This document shows, piece by piece, positions 27,114-35,863 of a stretch of DNA of 64,000 nucleotides (its first letter is position 1; the number at the start of each line of letters is the position of its first letter). Location: positions 1,704 through 65,703 of the forward strand of contig JAFYXJ010000018.1 of assembly GCA_017546205.1 (NCBI GenBank). Reading direction: 5' to 3'. The notes under the pieces were generated by a model, which saw nothing but the letters and a program-made list of their open reading frames with translations, did not search any database and was not told the DNA's origin. A program made the translations under genes and the position numbers. The stretch is from Clostridia bacterium. Its GTDB lineage: Bacteria; Bacillota; Clostridia; Monoglobales; Monoglobaceae.

Positions 27114-29312
27114 ATGAAACAACCGATTATTGAAGAACAACAAATCACCGATACTCTGGAACAAAACTATATGCCCTATGCCATGAGTGTCATTATCTCC
27201 CGTGCAATCCCCGAGATTGACGGGTTTAAGCCGTCCCACCGCAAACTCCTTTACACCATGTACAAAATGGGGCTGCTCAGCGGAAACCGCACCAAGTCCG
27301 CCAATGTAGTCGGACAGACCATGCGATTAAACCCCCACGGCGACCAGGCGATTTATGAAACCATGGTGCGTCTTACCGAGGGAAACGGTTCTCTGCTTCT
27401 TCCTCTGGTAGATTCCAAAGGTAACTTCGGACGCCAGTATTCCCGGGATATGGCTTACGCCGCATCCCGTTATACCGAGGTCAAACTGTCCAAGGTGTGC
27501 AGTGAGATTTTTCGGGATATGGACAAAAACACCATTGACTTTGTAGACAACTATGACGGCACCATGAAAGAGCCGGTTCTGCTTCCTACTACCTTCCCCA
27601 ATGTGTTGGCAAACCCCAATCAGGGTATTGCAGTAGGTATGGCGTCCAATATCTGCAGTTTTAATCTGTGTGAGTTATGTGAAGCCACCATTCTGGTTAT
27701 GAAAGACCCGGAGGCTGATCTTCTGGATGTAATGCCGGCACCGGATTTTCCCTTTGGCGGTTCCATCATCTATAACCGGGAAGAAATGCGGGAAATCTAC
27801 AAAACCGGCAGAGGCAGTTTCAAAATGCGTGCCAAGTATACCTATGACAAAAAACAAAACTGCATTGATATCCATGAGATTCCCTACACCACTACCGTAG
27901 AGGCAATTGTTGAAAAAATTGTGGATTTGGTCAAGGCAAACAAAATCAAAGAAATCTCCGACATTCGTGATGAGACTGACAAAAAAGGTCTCAAACTGAC
28001 CATTGACTTAAAGCGGGGGACCGACCCTGACAAACTGATGGCAAAACTTTATCGGATGACACCTTTGCAGGATAGTTTTGGCTGTAACTTTAATATTCTG
28101 GTAGAGGCTTCTCCTCTGGTGTTGGGTGTCAACGACATTCTTTGTGAATGGTTGCGGTTCCGCCGCAGCTGTGTGCTCCGCTCTGTTGCCTTTGATATCG
28201 GCAAAAAGAGTGACAAACTGCATCTTCTGGAAGGTCTGCGTTTGATTCTTCTGGATATTGACAAAGCCGTTAAAATTGTCCGCGAAACCGAGGACGACGC
28301 TCAGGTTGTTCCCAACCTGATGGCAGGGTTCGGTATTGATGAAATTCAGGCTGAATTTGTGGCAGAGATTAAACTGCGGAACCTGAACAAAGATTACATC
28401 TTAAAACATGTGGATGAAATCGAAAAACTAAAAGAAGAGATTGCCGACCTTGAGAATATTCAAAACAGCAAAGCACGGGTCAACAAATTGATTGAAAAAC
28501 AACTGCGGGAGGCTGCCAAAAAGTATGGCACCATCCGTCGTACCGACCTGATTGAAGAATCCGACATCATTGATGACAGCAAGGAAGAGCAGACGGTAGA
28601 AGATTACGCTCTGAAACTCTTCCGCACCAAACACAATTACATCAAGAAAATATCTCTGGTATCTTTGAGAACCAGCGGTGAACAACGACTGAAAGAAGAA
28701 GACGAAATCATTCAGGAAATTGATGCATCCAACCGCAGTGAACTGTTGTTCTTCAGTGCAAGCGGTGATGTATACAAACTTCGTGCCAGCGATATTCCTG
28801 ACGGCAAGGCAAGTCAGTTGGGTGAATTTATCCCCAATCTTCTGGGTATGGCAGAAAAAGACGAGATTGTAGGCATGATTTTAAGCGGTGATTACAGCGG
28901 ACATCTGCTGTTTGCCTTTGAAAACGGAAAGTGTGCAAAAATTCCCCTTTCCAGTTATGCCACCAAATCCAACCGGAAAAAACTTACCGGCGGATTCTCC
29001 ACCAATTCGCCTTTGGCTGGTATGTTATATCTGCCTGAGGATGCCGAGATTATGTTAATCAGCACCGCCGATAAGGCATTGACCGTACATACAGAAAAGA
29101 TTCCGGTAAAAACAACCCGAAGCAGTCAAGGCGTCAACGTCTTTACATTGCGGAAAAACGCTACCGTAAAACAAGTGACACTGGCAAGCCAGAGCGGAAT
29201 CGGGAACACCTCCCATTACCGGAGCCGGAATATTCCCGCCGCCGGCAGTATTATCCGCGACGCGGACAAAGGGATTGAACAAATCGGTTTTGACTTTGGA
29301 ACAGACGAATAA
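27114..29312 (+). CDS. Type IIA DNA topoisomerase subunit A (GyrA/ParC-like, no recognisable GyrA box)
   Basis: SRAIPEIDGFKP, PHGD, AASRYTE catalytic Tyr, GIAVGMA; shortened C-terminal pinwheel. Confidence 0.93.
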   Translation: MKQPIIEEQQITDTLEQNYMPYAMSVIISRAIPEIDGFKPSHRKLLYTMYKMGLLSGNRTKSANVVGQTMRLNPHGDQAIYETMVRLTEGNGSLLLPLVDSKGNFGRQYSRDMAYAASRYTEVKLSKVCSEIFRDMDKNTIDFVDNYDGTMKEPVLLPTTFPNVLANPNQGIAVGMASNICSFNLCELCEATILVMKDPEADLLDVMPAPDFPFGGSIIYNREEMREIYKTGRGSFKMRAKYTYDKKQNCIDIHEIPYTTTVEAIVEKIVDLVKANKIKEISDIRDETDKKGLKLTIDLKRGTDPDKLMAKLYRMTPLQDSFGCNFNILVEASPLVLGVNDILCEWLRFRRSCVLRSVAFDIGKKSDKLHLLEGLRLILLDIDKAVKIVRETEDDAQVVPNLMAGFGIDEIQAEFVAEIKLRNLNKDYILKHVDEIEKLKEEIADLENIQNSKARVNKLIEKQLREAAKKYGTIRRTDLIEESDIIDDSKEEQTVEDYALKLFRTKHNYIKKISLVSLRTSGEQRLKEEDEIIQEIDASNRSELLFFSASGDVYKLRASDIPDGKASQLGEFIPNLLGMAEKDEIVGMILSGDYSGHLLFAFENGKCAKIPLSSYATKSNRKKLTGGFSTNSPLAGMLYLPEDAEIMLISTADKALTVHTEKIPVKTTRSSQGVNVFTLRKNATVKQVTLASQSGIGNTSHYRSRNIPAAGSIIRDADKGIEQIGFDFGTDE

Positions 29313-29357
29313 CAAAAGAGCAAGGAACATAGTTCCTTGCTCTTTTGTTATTCGTCT
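29303..29357. terminator. Perfect 26-bp inverted repeat / bidirectional terminator
   Basis: AGACGAATAACAAAAGAGCAAGGAAC-ata-GTTCCTTGCTCTTTTGTTATTCGTCT. Confidence 0.85.
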
Positions 29358-29362
29358 TCTTT

Positions 29363-30592
29363 TCATGTTTGGCGAATCAATACCTTAGCAACCCGTCTGC
29401 CATCCAGTTCCTTCACGATAACATGAAGGGTTTCCGTTTCAAACACATCGCCGATTTCGGGAATCTTTTCCAGTTTTTCCATCACCCAACCGGAAACGGT
29501 ATTCTGTTCCGTCTCCTCGGTGCAGTCAAACAGTTCCAACACTTCTTCAATGGGTGCACTGCCGGAAATCAGGTAATCTCCGCCCTCCAGCCGTTCCACA
29601 TCCTCTACCACATCATCGTGCTCATCCCAGATTTCACCAACCAGTTCCTCCAGGATATCTTCCATGGTGACAACGCCCATGGTTCCGCCGTATTCATCTG
29701 TCACAATCGCCATGTGGGATTTGTTCTTCTGGAGATGTTTAATCAACTTAGAAATCTTAATGGAATCCGATACAAAAACCACCGGTTTGATAATATCCTC
29801 CATGGTTTGACCTTTGGTGCGAATCATCACAAAAAAATCTCTCTGGTGGATAACACCCACGATATGATCGATGGTCTCTCTATACACAGGAATGCGGGAA
29901 AACTTGGTTTCCATAAAAATATTGTAGATGGTCTGATGATCTTCCTCGATATCAACCGCAGTCAAATCCACACGGGGGGTAAGAATTTCTCCCGCCTCCA
30001 TATCGTTAAACTCAATGGCACTTTTGATCAGGTCACCCTCTTGCTGGTCAATACCACCCTCGCTCTGGGCTTCCTCCACCATGGTCAGCAGTTCCTGTTC
30101 GGTAATACCCCGATCTTCTTTGGTGCGGAAAATTTTGTTCAGCAAAAGTTTCCAAAGACCAAAAATGTAGTTAAACGGCGCAAGCACCGTCATAATCACC
30201 CGAAGAATAGGTGCTGAAAACATAGCAAAGGTTTCCGGTGACTCTTTTGCCAGACTTTTTGGCGAAATCTCGCCAAAAACCAAAACCAGAATCGTCATCA
30301 CAATGGTAGAAAGAGTGGCGCCGTATTCCTCTGAAACTTTCAAAAACAAAACGGTGGCAATTGCCGATGCCGTGATGTTAACCACATTGTTTCCAATCAA
30401 AATACTGGAAAGCATTTTATCATATTCTTCCGCCATGCGAAGTGCAAGTTCCGCCTTTTTGTTACCGGATGCGGCAAGATTTTTCAACCGAATGCGGTTA
30501 AGTGACGAAAACGCCGTTTCTGTTGCAGAAAAAAATGCTGAACATAGGATAAGTACTGCAAGCCACAGTATCAGCCCCGTGCTACTGTCCAT
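29363..30592 (-). CDS. HlyC/CorC (CNNM-CBS-CorC) family Mg2+ transporter-like protein
   Basis: SAFFSATETAF, ILIGNN, FGEISPKSLA, FSRIPVY, DEYGGTMG, EDILEELVGEI. Confidence 0.93.
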   Translation of the reverse strand: MDSSTGLILWLAVLILCSAFFSATETAFSSLNRIRLKNLAASGNKKAELALRMAEEYDKMLSSILIGNNVVNITASAIATVLFLKVSEEYGATLSTIVMTILVLVFGEISPKSLAKESPETFAMFSAPILRVIMTVLAPFNYIFGLWKLLLNKIFRTKEDRGITEQELLTMVEEAQSEGGIDQQEGDLIKSAIEFNDMEAGEILTPRVDLTAVDIEEDHQTIYNIFMETKFSRIPVYRETIDHIVGVIHQRDFFVMIRTKGQTMEDIIKPVVFVSDSIKISKLIKHLQKNKSHMAIVTDEYGGTMGVVTMEDILEELVGEIWDEHDDVVEDVERLEGGDYLISGSAPIEEVLELFDCTEETEQNTVSGWVMEKLEKIPEIGDVFETETLHVIVKELDGRRVAKVLIRQT

Positions 30593-30726
30593 AAGGTATA
30601 AATTCCCCCTAAATATAAATTCACTACATTATAGCATATTGTATCATACCTTCCATAGTTTTTGCAACATATATTTTTTGAAACTTTTCAAACTAAAGAT
30701 GTAAAAAACAAAAGGAGGTCTTAAAG

Positions 30727-30867
30727 ATGAATGAAACTGATTTTGTAAGAACCTATTATCCCATTTATGCTTTGATTTCTTACAATCCGCAACTGTTCAT
30801 GCAGTCAGATTCCATGCTCTCGGTTATTCTGCCCGACACGCTTTCAAAAATACAAAAAGAAAAATAA
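30727..30867 (+). CDS. Unannotated 46-aa small ORF
   Basis: Strong SD AAAGGAGG; MNETDFVRTYYPIYALISYNPQLFMQSDSMLSVILPDTLSKIQKEK*; followed by hairpin GCGGACAG...CTGTCCGC. Confidence 0.55.
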   Translation: MNETDFVRTYYPIYALISYNPQLFMQSDSMLSVILPDTLSKIQKEK

Positions 30868-30949
30868 TTTTTGCGCGGACAGCTTTGTTCTGTCCGCATA
30901 AATTCTTTTTGTCCGGTACATAATTGTAAAAAAAGAAAGGACTTTTGCC

Positions 30950-32206
30950 ATGGCACAGTATATTATCACACCTCAGAATCCCATCTCCGGTACGGTCTCT
31001 ATCAGCGGAAGCAAAAATGCCGCGCTTCCCATTCTTGCCGCAGGTCTTTTATCCCGGGGAGAATCGGTTTTTACCAATGTTCCGTCGGTATCGGATGTCC
31101 ATAGTATGTGCCATTTACTGTCTTCTATGGGAGCAACTTGTACACCCCTTTGTGAAAATCAGGTTACCGTCTCACTATCCTCTGATGTCCGGCGGAAAAC
31201 GGCCCCTTTAGAACTTGTGGGGAAACTGCGGGCATCTTTTTTAATTTTAGGGCCTCTGCTGGCGCGGTGGGGAAAAGTCCGTCTACCCTTGCCGGGAGGC
31301 TGTCAAATCGGTGCAAGACCCATTGACCTGCACCTGAAAGGGTTCTCTGCCATGGGGGCAAAAATCCGTCAGGGGCACGGTTATGTGGAGGCTGTCTGTG
31401 ACCGATTGAAAGGATGTAACATTTATCTGGATTTTCCCAGCGTAGGAGCAACGGAAAACCTGATGCTGGCGGCTTGTCTTGCCGATGGAACAACGGTAAT
31501 TGAGAATGCTGCGGCAGAGCCTGAAATTATTGACCTTTCCCGTTGTCTGACCGCCATGGGAGCAGAAATCTCGGGAGCGGGGAGTGATACAGTGCGTATC
31601 GTAGGAAAGAAAGAACTTTCTCCCTGCACCCACAGCATTATCCCCGACCGAATTGAAACAGGGACATTTTTAACCCTTGCCGCCGCCTCTCACGGGGATC
31701 TGACTTTGACCAATGTCCATCCAGCCCACAGCAAGCCAGTACTTGCCAAACTGGAGGAAATGGGATTTCTGGTGGAAATGGGAGAGGATATGCTCCACAT
31801 TGCACCCTGCGAGCGGTTTCGGGCGGTGGATATTAAAACCCTGCCCCACCCGGGATTTCCTACCGATATGCAAGCTCAGTTTATGGCACTATTGAGTGTG
31901 GCGGACGGCACCGGTCTGGTGGTGGAAACTGTGTTTGAAAATCGGTTTATGCAGGTGTCGGAACTTTTGCGGATGGGTGCAAAGATTAAAATTGACGGGC
32001 GGACTGCCGTCATTGACGGAAGCCGGAGGCTGAGCGGTGCCAGAGTCCGTGCCACCGACCTGCGTGCCGGCGCCGCCTTGGTGATTGCCGCCGTTGCCGC
32101 TCAGGGCGAAACAGTGATTGACGATATTGAACATCTGGAGCGGGGATATGCAGATTTTGAGAAAAAACTACAAAGCATTGGTGCTTCGGTGAGAAAGACA
32201 GAATAA
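30950..32206 (+). CDS. murA: UDP-N-acetylglucosamine 1-carboxyvinyltransferase
   Basis: SGSKNAALP, LRAS, LPGGCQIGARP (active Cys), PSVGATEN, PGFPTDMQ, DLRAGA. Confidence 0.96.
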   Translation: MAQYIITPQNPISGTVSISGSKNAALPILAAGLLSRGESVFTNVPSVSDVHSMCHLLSSMGATCTPLCENQVTVSLSSDVRRKTAPLELVGKLRASFLILGPLLARWGKVRLPLPGGCQIGARPIDLHLKGFSAMGAKIRQGHGYVEAVCDRLKGCNIYLDFPSVGATENLMLAACLADGTTVIENAAAEPEIIDLSRCLTAMGAEISGAGSDTVRIVGKKELSPCTHSIIPDRIETGTFLTLAAASHGDLTLTNVHPAHSKPVLAKLEEMGFLVEMGEDMLHIAPCERFRAVDIKTLPHPGFPTDMQAQFMALLSVADGTGLVVETVFENRFMQVSELLRMGAKIKIDGRTAVIDGSRRLSGARVRATDLRAGAALVIAAVAAQGETVIDDIEHLERGYADFEKKLQSIGASVRKTE

Positions 32207-32229
32207 GAATGGTTCTTTCGGGAGATACT
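32201..32229 (+). promoter_or_regulatory. Putative sigma-F/G forespore promoter
   Basis: GAATA-N15-GGAGATACT fits GHATA-N15-GGnnAnAnT. Confidence 0.55.
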
Positions 32230-32250
32230 GACAGAAAAGGAGATGAGTTT

Positions 32251-32685
32251 ATGATACACAATGATACCATTGAACTTTTGAAAGAATGCAATGCCGGCGT
32301 GAAAATGGGAGTAACCTCCATTGACGATGTACTAGACAAAGTCAAAAGTGAGAAACTAAAAGGCATTCTGCATTCCAGCAAAGAAAAACATCAAGAACTG
32401 GGAAGCGGTCTTCATGAATTGCTGAACCGGTACGAAGAATCCGGAAAAGATCCCAATCCCGTGGCACGGGGCATGTCCTGGATTAAAACCAATGTAATGA
32501 TGAGCATGGATGACAGCGACCGCACTGTGGCGGATTTGATGACCGACGGGTGCGATATGGGTGTCAAATCCCTCACCCGGTATCTGAATCAATATCAGGC
32601 AGCGGATGAAGATTCCAAAAACATGGCAAAGGATTTGATTTCCTTAGAGGAACGTCTCCGCAAAGATTTGCAACCGTTCCTGTAA
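32251..32685 (+). CDS. Hypothetical all-helical protein, possibly ferritin-like, likely sporulation-related
   Basis: SD AAGGAG; duplicated helical motifs GVKMGV and GCDMGV; upstream sigF-like promoter. Confidence 0.65.
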   Translation: MIHNDTIELLKECNAGVKMGVTSIDDVLDKVKSEKLKGILHSSKEKHQELGSGLHELLNRYEESGKDPNPVARGMSWIKTNVMMSMDDSDRTVADLMTDGCDMGVKSLTRYLNQYQAADEDSKNMAKDLISLEERLRKDLQPFL

Positions 32686-32844
32686 ACTATGAGGGGGGGT
32701 ACTCGTACCTCCTTTTCTTTTTTGTAAAATTTCATAGTTTCTTAACAACTTTATCCAAAGAGTTTGGTAGAATACATCTTGCACCTATTTTTTGTTTGTG
32801 ATACAATAAAAAAACCAATATGATTTCTGTCAGGAGGTATTCTA

Positions 32845-34374
32845 ATGGCTGATTGGTTCCGTAAATTCAAATCGTCCGACGGGGAGTCCCCCGCTGAGGA
32901 CTTTATACTTACTCCTAAGGAGACACCCCGTGATACATCTATGGATGACACGGGAGAGATTCCCTGTATTTATGATGAGATGCTGAATCCTGCGCCTCAA
33001 AAAAACAAAGGGAAAAAGGGGCTGTTGTTTGGCAGTATTGCTGTTATCGGCGTTATTCTGGTTGCTGTGATTCTCTGGGCATCAGCGGTTTTAGGGAATC
33101 CCTTGCGGGGATACGCTGAAACATCTGTTGCCAAAGGCAGTGTCATTGACTCTTTTCAGGTTTCCGGCACTCTTTCTGCCGCTGCCAGATACGAAATTAC
33201 CTCTCTGGTTGCAGGAAAGGTTGCCGTCTCCGGTTTTGAAGTAGGCGAGCGTGTCAGCGCGGGTTCCGTCCTTTATCAATTGGACGATACCGAAGCAAAA
33301 CTTGCTCTGGAGCGTGCCAAAGCACAGTTGAATCAGGCACAGTATGCAAATACCACCACCACCGTCACCGACAGAATTTACGCCCCTGCAGATGGCACCA
33401 TTTATACGGTGAACATCCGTCCGGGCGGCAGTGTTTCTTACGGACAGGTGGTTGCTACCATAAAAAAAGAAGATGAAAGCACTGTTGCGATTACCTCGCC
33501 TTATGCAGGTACCGTTTCTTCCGTTTACGCAACCGAAGGAAAAGCCGTTTCCATCAACAGTCTGATTGCTGCAGTTACTTCCGTCAAAGAAACCGGACAG
33601 GCTCCTGTTTATGACCGGGCAAGCAGCCAGTTGGATGTACAGGTCGCAGAAGCACACCTGAAAAACTTTACCATTACCTCCCCCATTGACGGCGTAATTG
33701 TAGAAAAGAACACCAAGGCGGGCGATAATGTAGGGGTTACCGATACCCAGAAACCCATGATGGTGATTCTGGATACATCTTCTTTGAAATTCAGTTTCCG
33801 TGTAGATGAATATGAACTTCGTGATATTGAGCAGGGAATGCTGGCGGTGGTCAAGACTGAATCCATGCCCGATGCAAGCTTTTCAGGAGAAATCACCCGT
33901 ATTTCCGCTGAGGGAATCCCTGACGAAAACGGCAAGCCATTCTTTGATGTGGAAATTACCGTAACTGAACCGGGAGATTTGAAGCCGGGTATGCAGGTAA
34001 CTGCAACGGTAATTCGGGATTCTGCCAACAACACCATGTATCTGCCTCACAAGGCATTGATGGAGGCAGACGGTCAAACCGCTCTGGTTCTGGTGAAAAA
34101 CCCGGTAAACAGCATTCACATTGACATTGACAATGCCATGGATGAATCCCTGTCCTATCCCTGGATTCAGGTTCCCAAAGGTTGCAAACTGGTACGGGTA
34201 AGTTACGGCGTAGCAGATGACACCAATGTGGAAATTCTGTTTGGATTGAAAGTTGGCGATGTGGTTGTTTACAACCCCGATGCAGAGCCGGTAGACCTGG
34301 CTCCGGCTGTTACACCCAGTCCGGACGGTGTAGAAATCACGCCGGATGTAACCCCCGGTGAATTCTTCTTATAA
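32845..34374 (+). CDS. Membrane-fusion / periplasmic adaptor protein (HlyD/MacA/YknX-like)
   Basis: Single TM helix; lipoyl-like motifs GERVSAGSVLYQLD, IYAPADGTI, ITSPIDGVI; LKPGMQVTA; GLKVGDVVV. Confidence 0.85.
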   Translation: MADWFRKFKSSDGESPAEDFILTPKETPRDTSMDDTGEIPCIYDEMLNPAPQKNKGKKGLLFGSIAVIGVILVAVILWASAVLGNPLRGYAETSVAKGSVIDSFQVSGTLSAAARYEITSLVAGKVAVSGFEVGERVSAGSVLYQLDDTEAKLALERAKAQLNQAQYANTTTTVTDRIYAPADGTIYTVNIRPGGSVSYGQVVATIKKEDESTVAITSPYAGTVSSVYATEGKAVSINSLIAAVTSVKETGQAPVYDRASSQLDVQVAEAHLKNFTITSPIDGVIVEKNTKAGDNVGVTDTQKPMMVILDTSSLKFSFRVDEYELRDIEQGMLAVVKTESMPDASFSGEITRISAEGIPDENGKPFFDVEITVTEPGDLKPGMQVTATVIRDSANNTMYLPHKALMEADGQTALVLVKNPVNSIHIDIDNAMDESLSYPWIQVPKGCKLVRVSYGVADDTNVEILFGLKVGDVVVYNPDAEPVDLAPAVTPSPDGVEITPDVTPGEFFL

Positions 34375-34379
34375 ACCAT

Positions 34380-34408
34380 AAAGGAGCAGTCAGTTTGACT
34401 GCTCCTTT
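34380..34408. terminator. Hairpin between convergent genes, overlapping the MATE stop
   Basis: AAAGGAGCAGTCA-gtt-TGACTGCTCCTTT. Confidence 0.7.
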
Positions 34409-35736
34409 GTTTTCTTATAAACCCAACAACACAAGATCGCCTGAATGATGGCAGTTACTATCCACGACACAGGATAGGACAGATACAAAGATTCCAACGT
34501 GTGTACCGAGGCAAACACCACCAAAATCCAACCGATACGGATGCCGCACACCCCCAGAATGGATGCAAACATAGGTACCAGAGAAGTTCCCATCCCTCGT
34601 TGGGCACCTACCAGAACATCCATCAATCCGCATGTGAAATATAGGGGCAGTAAATACCATAATCTGGTGATGCCGTAGGCGATAACCTCTTCTTCGCCCG
34701 GCACATACAGGGTAAGCAACGGTCTGCCGAACGCTCCCAGAATGATGCTGAAGAAAATGCCGATTATCGTTACCTGCAAACAACCGGTGAGAATAATTTT
34801 TTTCACCCGTTTTATGTTTCCGGCACCCACGTTCTGTCCAACAAAGGTAATCATGGTCTGATGTACCGCATTCATAACGATGTACACAATATCACCGATG
34901 TTTCCTGCCGCTGCATTACCGGCAACCACAGCATCGCCGAATCCGTTGACCGCGGTCTGCACCAGTACATTGGAGATAGAGAATACAGTTCCCTGAATGC
35001 CTGCGGGTATACCAATTTGAAATATCTTTCGCATATATTTTCCGGAAAATCGGATTTTCCGAAACGAAAATCGGATTTCCTGTGTTTTATTTGCCAGAAA
35101 GTACAGAACCAGAACCGCAGAAAGTGCCTGGGCTACGATGGTGGCAATTCCCACGCCGGCAGCTCCCAGATGGAACACAATCACCAGCACCAGATTCAGC
35201 GCTACATTCAAAATTCCGGAAACGGTAAGAAAAATCAAGGGGCGTTTAGAATCTCCCGTTGCTCTTAGAATTCCCGCTCCGAAATTGTAAACCAGATTGG
35301 CAGGCATGCCCAGAAAAATAATTGTCATATACAGTTCTGTTTCATCCAGAATATTTGCCGGCACATCCATCATAATCAGCAAGTTTCTGCAAAACAGAAC
35401 ACCCACCACTGCAATCAACACACCGCCAAAAAGGGCAATACCCATTGCGGTATGAACGGCTTTATCCAAGGCGTCCTTGTTGCCGGCACCCAGATATTGT
35501 GCCGCACAAACCGAAGCACCTGCCGACAAACCAATAAACAAATTGATAAACAGATTGCTGAGAGAACCGGTACTGCCTACTGCAGCCAGGGCTTCTTTGC
35601 CTGCAAACCGACCAACCACAATAACATCTGCCATATTGTAACAAAACTGCAGAAGTCCGGTGAGGATAATCGGCACCGTAAACCAAAATAGATTCCGCCC
35701 CACAGGGCCGTCTGTAATTCTTAAAGATTGTCTCAT
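34390..35736 (-). CDS. MATE family efflux transporter
   Basis: YNMADVIVVGRF, LAAVG, LRATGDSKRPL, GQNVGA; about 12 TM helices. Confidence 0.93.
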   Translation of the reverse strand: MRQSLRITDGPVGRNLFWFTVPIILTGLLQFCYNMADVIVVGRFAGKEALAAVGSTGSLSNLFINLFIGLSAGASVCAAQYLGAGNKDALDKAVHTAMGIALFGGVLIAVVGVLFCRNLLIMMDVPANILDETELYMTIIFLGMPANLVYNFGAGILRATGDSKRPLIFLTVSGILNVALNLVLVIVFHLGAAGVGIATIVAQALSAVLVLYFLANKTQEIRFSFRKIRFSGKYMRKIFQIGIPAGIQGTVFSISNVLVQTAVNGFGDAVVAGNAAAGNIGDIVYIVMNAVHQTMITFVGQNVGAGNIKRVKKIILTGCLQVTIIGIFFSIILGAFGRPLLTLYVPGEEEVIAYGITRLWYLLPLYFTCGLMDVLVGAQRGMGTSLVPMFASILGVCGIRIGWILVVFASVHTLESLYLSYPVSWIVTAIIQAILCCWVYKKTKEQSN

Positions 35737-35863
35737 GTTTCGTCACCCGTTTTCATTGTAAACCCCGAAAAAGATTTTGTCAATGAAAGTCAAAGAAAAT
35801 TCTTGTGTAATTTGACGCAATATGTTACACTATATATAGTATCAGTCAGAAAGGATGAATTGT

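Noticed and set aside
29325-29335. GAAC-N3-GTTC resembling a Firmicute LexA box
   Set aside because: The spacer is 3 rather than 4 nt, and it is the apex of a terminator between convergent genes.
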